Shown piece by piece: positions 62,013 through 64,000 of a stretch of DNA of 64,000 bases; within the stretch, counting starts at the first letter, position 1; the number at the start of each line of letters is the position of its first letter. The position numbers and the translations under genes are program-made. The notes below the pieces were generated by a model. The model did no database searches and was not told where the DNA came from. It saw only the letters and a program-made list of their open reading frames with translations. This stretch comes from Mobula hypostoma (lineage: Eukaryota), in the NCBI RefSeq assembly GCF_963921235.1, contig NC_086122.1, positions 32,860,001 to 32,924,000 of the forward strand, written 5' to 3'.

Positions 62013-64000
62013 TGAGAGAAAACATCCTCTCAGCATTTGGCCTGTCAATACCCCCTGAAATATAATGTTTCAATAAGCTTATCCACTGATTCCAACTCTC
62101 ACTTGTCAATCCACTTGCCTCAGGAATCAATCTAATGAACCTTCTCTGAAATGCCTCTAATGAAGCACATCCTTCCTTAGATATGAAGACAAAAACTGTA
62201 TGCAGTACCTCAATTTCAGTCTCAGTGCCTTGTAAAAGTTGCATCAAAACTATTTTTATAACCTCTAACTCTTGCTACAAAGGCCATCATTGTATCAGCT
62301 TAATTACTTGCTGCACCTAAGTGTTAATATTTTGTGTTTCATTTACTAGAACATTTAATACCACAACATTTGGCCAGCCTGCTCAGTTTAAATAATAGCT
62401 TGCTTTTCATTCTTCCCTTCCCATACTTTCTCATATTACTGCCATCTGTTAATTTCTTCATTTACTTAACCAATCTACCTTTTTCCACACTCTGCATTCC
62501 CTCATAGATTGCTAACAGTCTATCTCATTAGTAAACATGGCCACAGAATGTCAGACCCTTCATTCAGTTTAAAAATAGTTGAGGCTCCAGCAATGACCTA
62601 CATCATTCCACTAGCTATTGATTGCCGTCTATTGGTCCCACTTAATCTAGTCAGAACATTAGGTTCGCAAAGAAAACTAGTAAGTTTGTCAAACATAATT
62701 TCCTCCAAATAAAACTATGTTGACTGCCTGATAATGTGATGATTTTATGAATGCCTTGCTATTATTTCCTCGATACAGGGTTCTAGGATTTTCCCCAATG
62801 ATTGATAGAAGCTCAGTGGAATATTGTGCCTGCTTTCTGTCTAAGTCCTCTCAGAAATAATGGCACGAGCTTTGTAACTTTGCAGTCATAAGACCATAAG
62901 ACACAGGAACAGAAGTACACCATTTGGCCCATTGAGTCTGCTCCACCATTCCATCATGGCTGATTTATTTTCCCTCTCAACCCCATTCTCATGCTTTCTC
63001 CCTGTAACTTTCGATACCTTTCTAATCAAAACCTCCACCTTAAATATATTCAATGACATGGCCTCCACAGCCATCCATGGCAATGAATTCCACAGATTCA
63101 CCACCCTCAGGATAAAGAAGTTCCTCCTCATCATCTCTGCTTTAAATGGTCATCCCTCTATTTTGAGGCCATGCCCTCTAGTCCTAGACTTCCCCCATTA
63201 TAAGAAGCATCCTCTTCATATCCTCTCTATCTAAGCCTTTCAATATTCCATAGGTTTCAATGAAATCCCTAGTCTTTCTTCTAAACTCCAGCAAGTACAG
63301 ATCCAGAGACATCAAATGCTTCTCATACGTTAACTGTTTCATTCCCCGAATCATTCTCGTGAACCCCCTCTGGACCCTCTCCAGCACATCCTTTCTTAGA
63401 TAAGAGGCCCAAAACTGTTCACAATACTCCAAGTGCAGTCTGACTTGTGTCTTATAAAGCCTCAGCATTATATCCTTGCTTTTATATTCTAGTCGTCTCA
63501 AAATGAATGCTAATGTTACATTTGCCTACCTTACCACCAACTCAACCCAAGAACATAAGAAATAGGAGCAGGAGCAGGCTCTCTGGCCCGTTGAACATGC
63601 TCCACCATTCAATAAAATCATGGCTGATCTGGCCATGGACTTATCTCCAACCTACCTGCCTTTTCCTCATAATCCCTAATTCCCCTACTATGCAAAAATC
63701 TATCCAACCTTGTCTTAAATATATTTACTGAGGTAGCCTCCACTGCTTTATTGGGCAGAGAATTCTAGATTCAGCATCCTCAGGGAAACGCCTCCTCATC
63801 TCCGTCCTAAATCTACTCCCCAAATCTTGAGGCTATGTCTCCTAGTTGTAGTCTCACCTACCAGTGGAAACAACTTTCCTGCCTCTATCTTATCTATCTC
63901 TTTAATAATTTTATATGGTTCTACATGAACTGCTCTCATTCTTCTGAATTCCAGTGAGTACAGTCCCAGGTGACTTAATCTCTCCTCATAGTCTAACCTC
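62013..64000 (-). mobile_element. Cluster of CR1 fragments (old 62013-62860; 62886-63547; 63548-64000)
   Basis: RVVNLWNSLP and LEYCEQFWASYLRKDVLERVQR ORFs; separate 3' tails at 62886 and 63548. Confidence 0.8.

Overview
Eukaryotic (vertebrate) genomic DNA. The repeat landscape (CR1, Rex-Babar, RTE, Penelope, V-SINE, Tc1) suggests a cartilaginous fish, probably a ray; this is inference. Two spliced genes converge tail-to-tail. RNF19B (RBR E3 ubiquitin ligase) lies on +, with nine coding exons at 2435-24987 that splice into one open frame of 617 codons including the stop; its N-terminal exon is not in the window. The last three coding exons of a GH47 Golgi alpha-1,2-mannosidase (most likely MAN1C1) lie on -, at 60157-44853. 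Most other ORFs in the track are transposon fragments or repeat artefacts. The most notable observation is an array at ~39160-39500 of seven perfect TAAAGTGCA cores plus degenerate ones, spaced ~30-32 nt with mostly diverged spacers. On the minus strand these are miR-17/20/93/106 8mer sites, inside what may be a ~9.5-kb mannosidase 3' UTR. Other points of interest are Penelope-derived minimal hammerhead ribozyme motifs, a nested CR1 whose ORF2 is one base from intact, a G4/i-motif minisatellite, several non-autonomous elements with clean target-site duplications, and an A-run splice acceptor. Repeat boundaries without a stated TSD are approximate.
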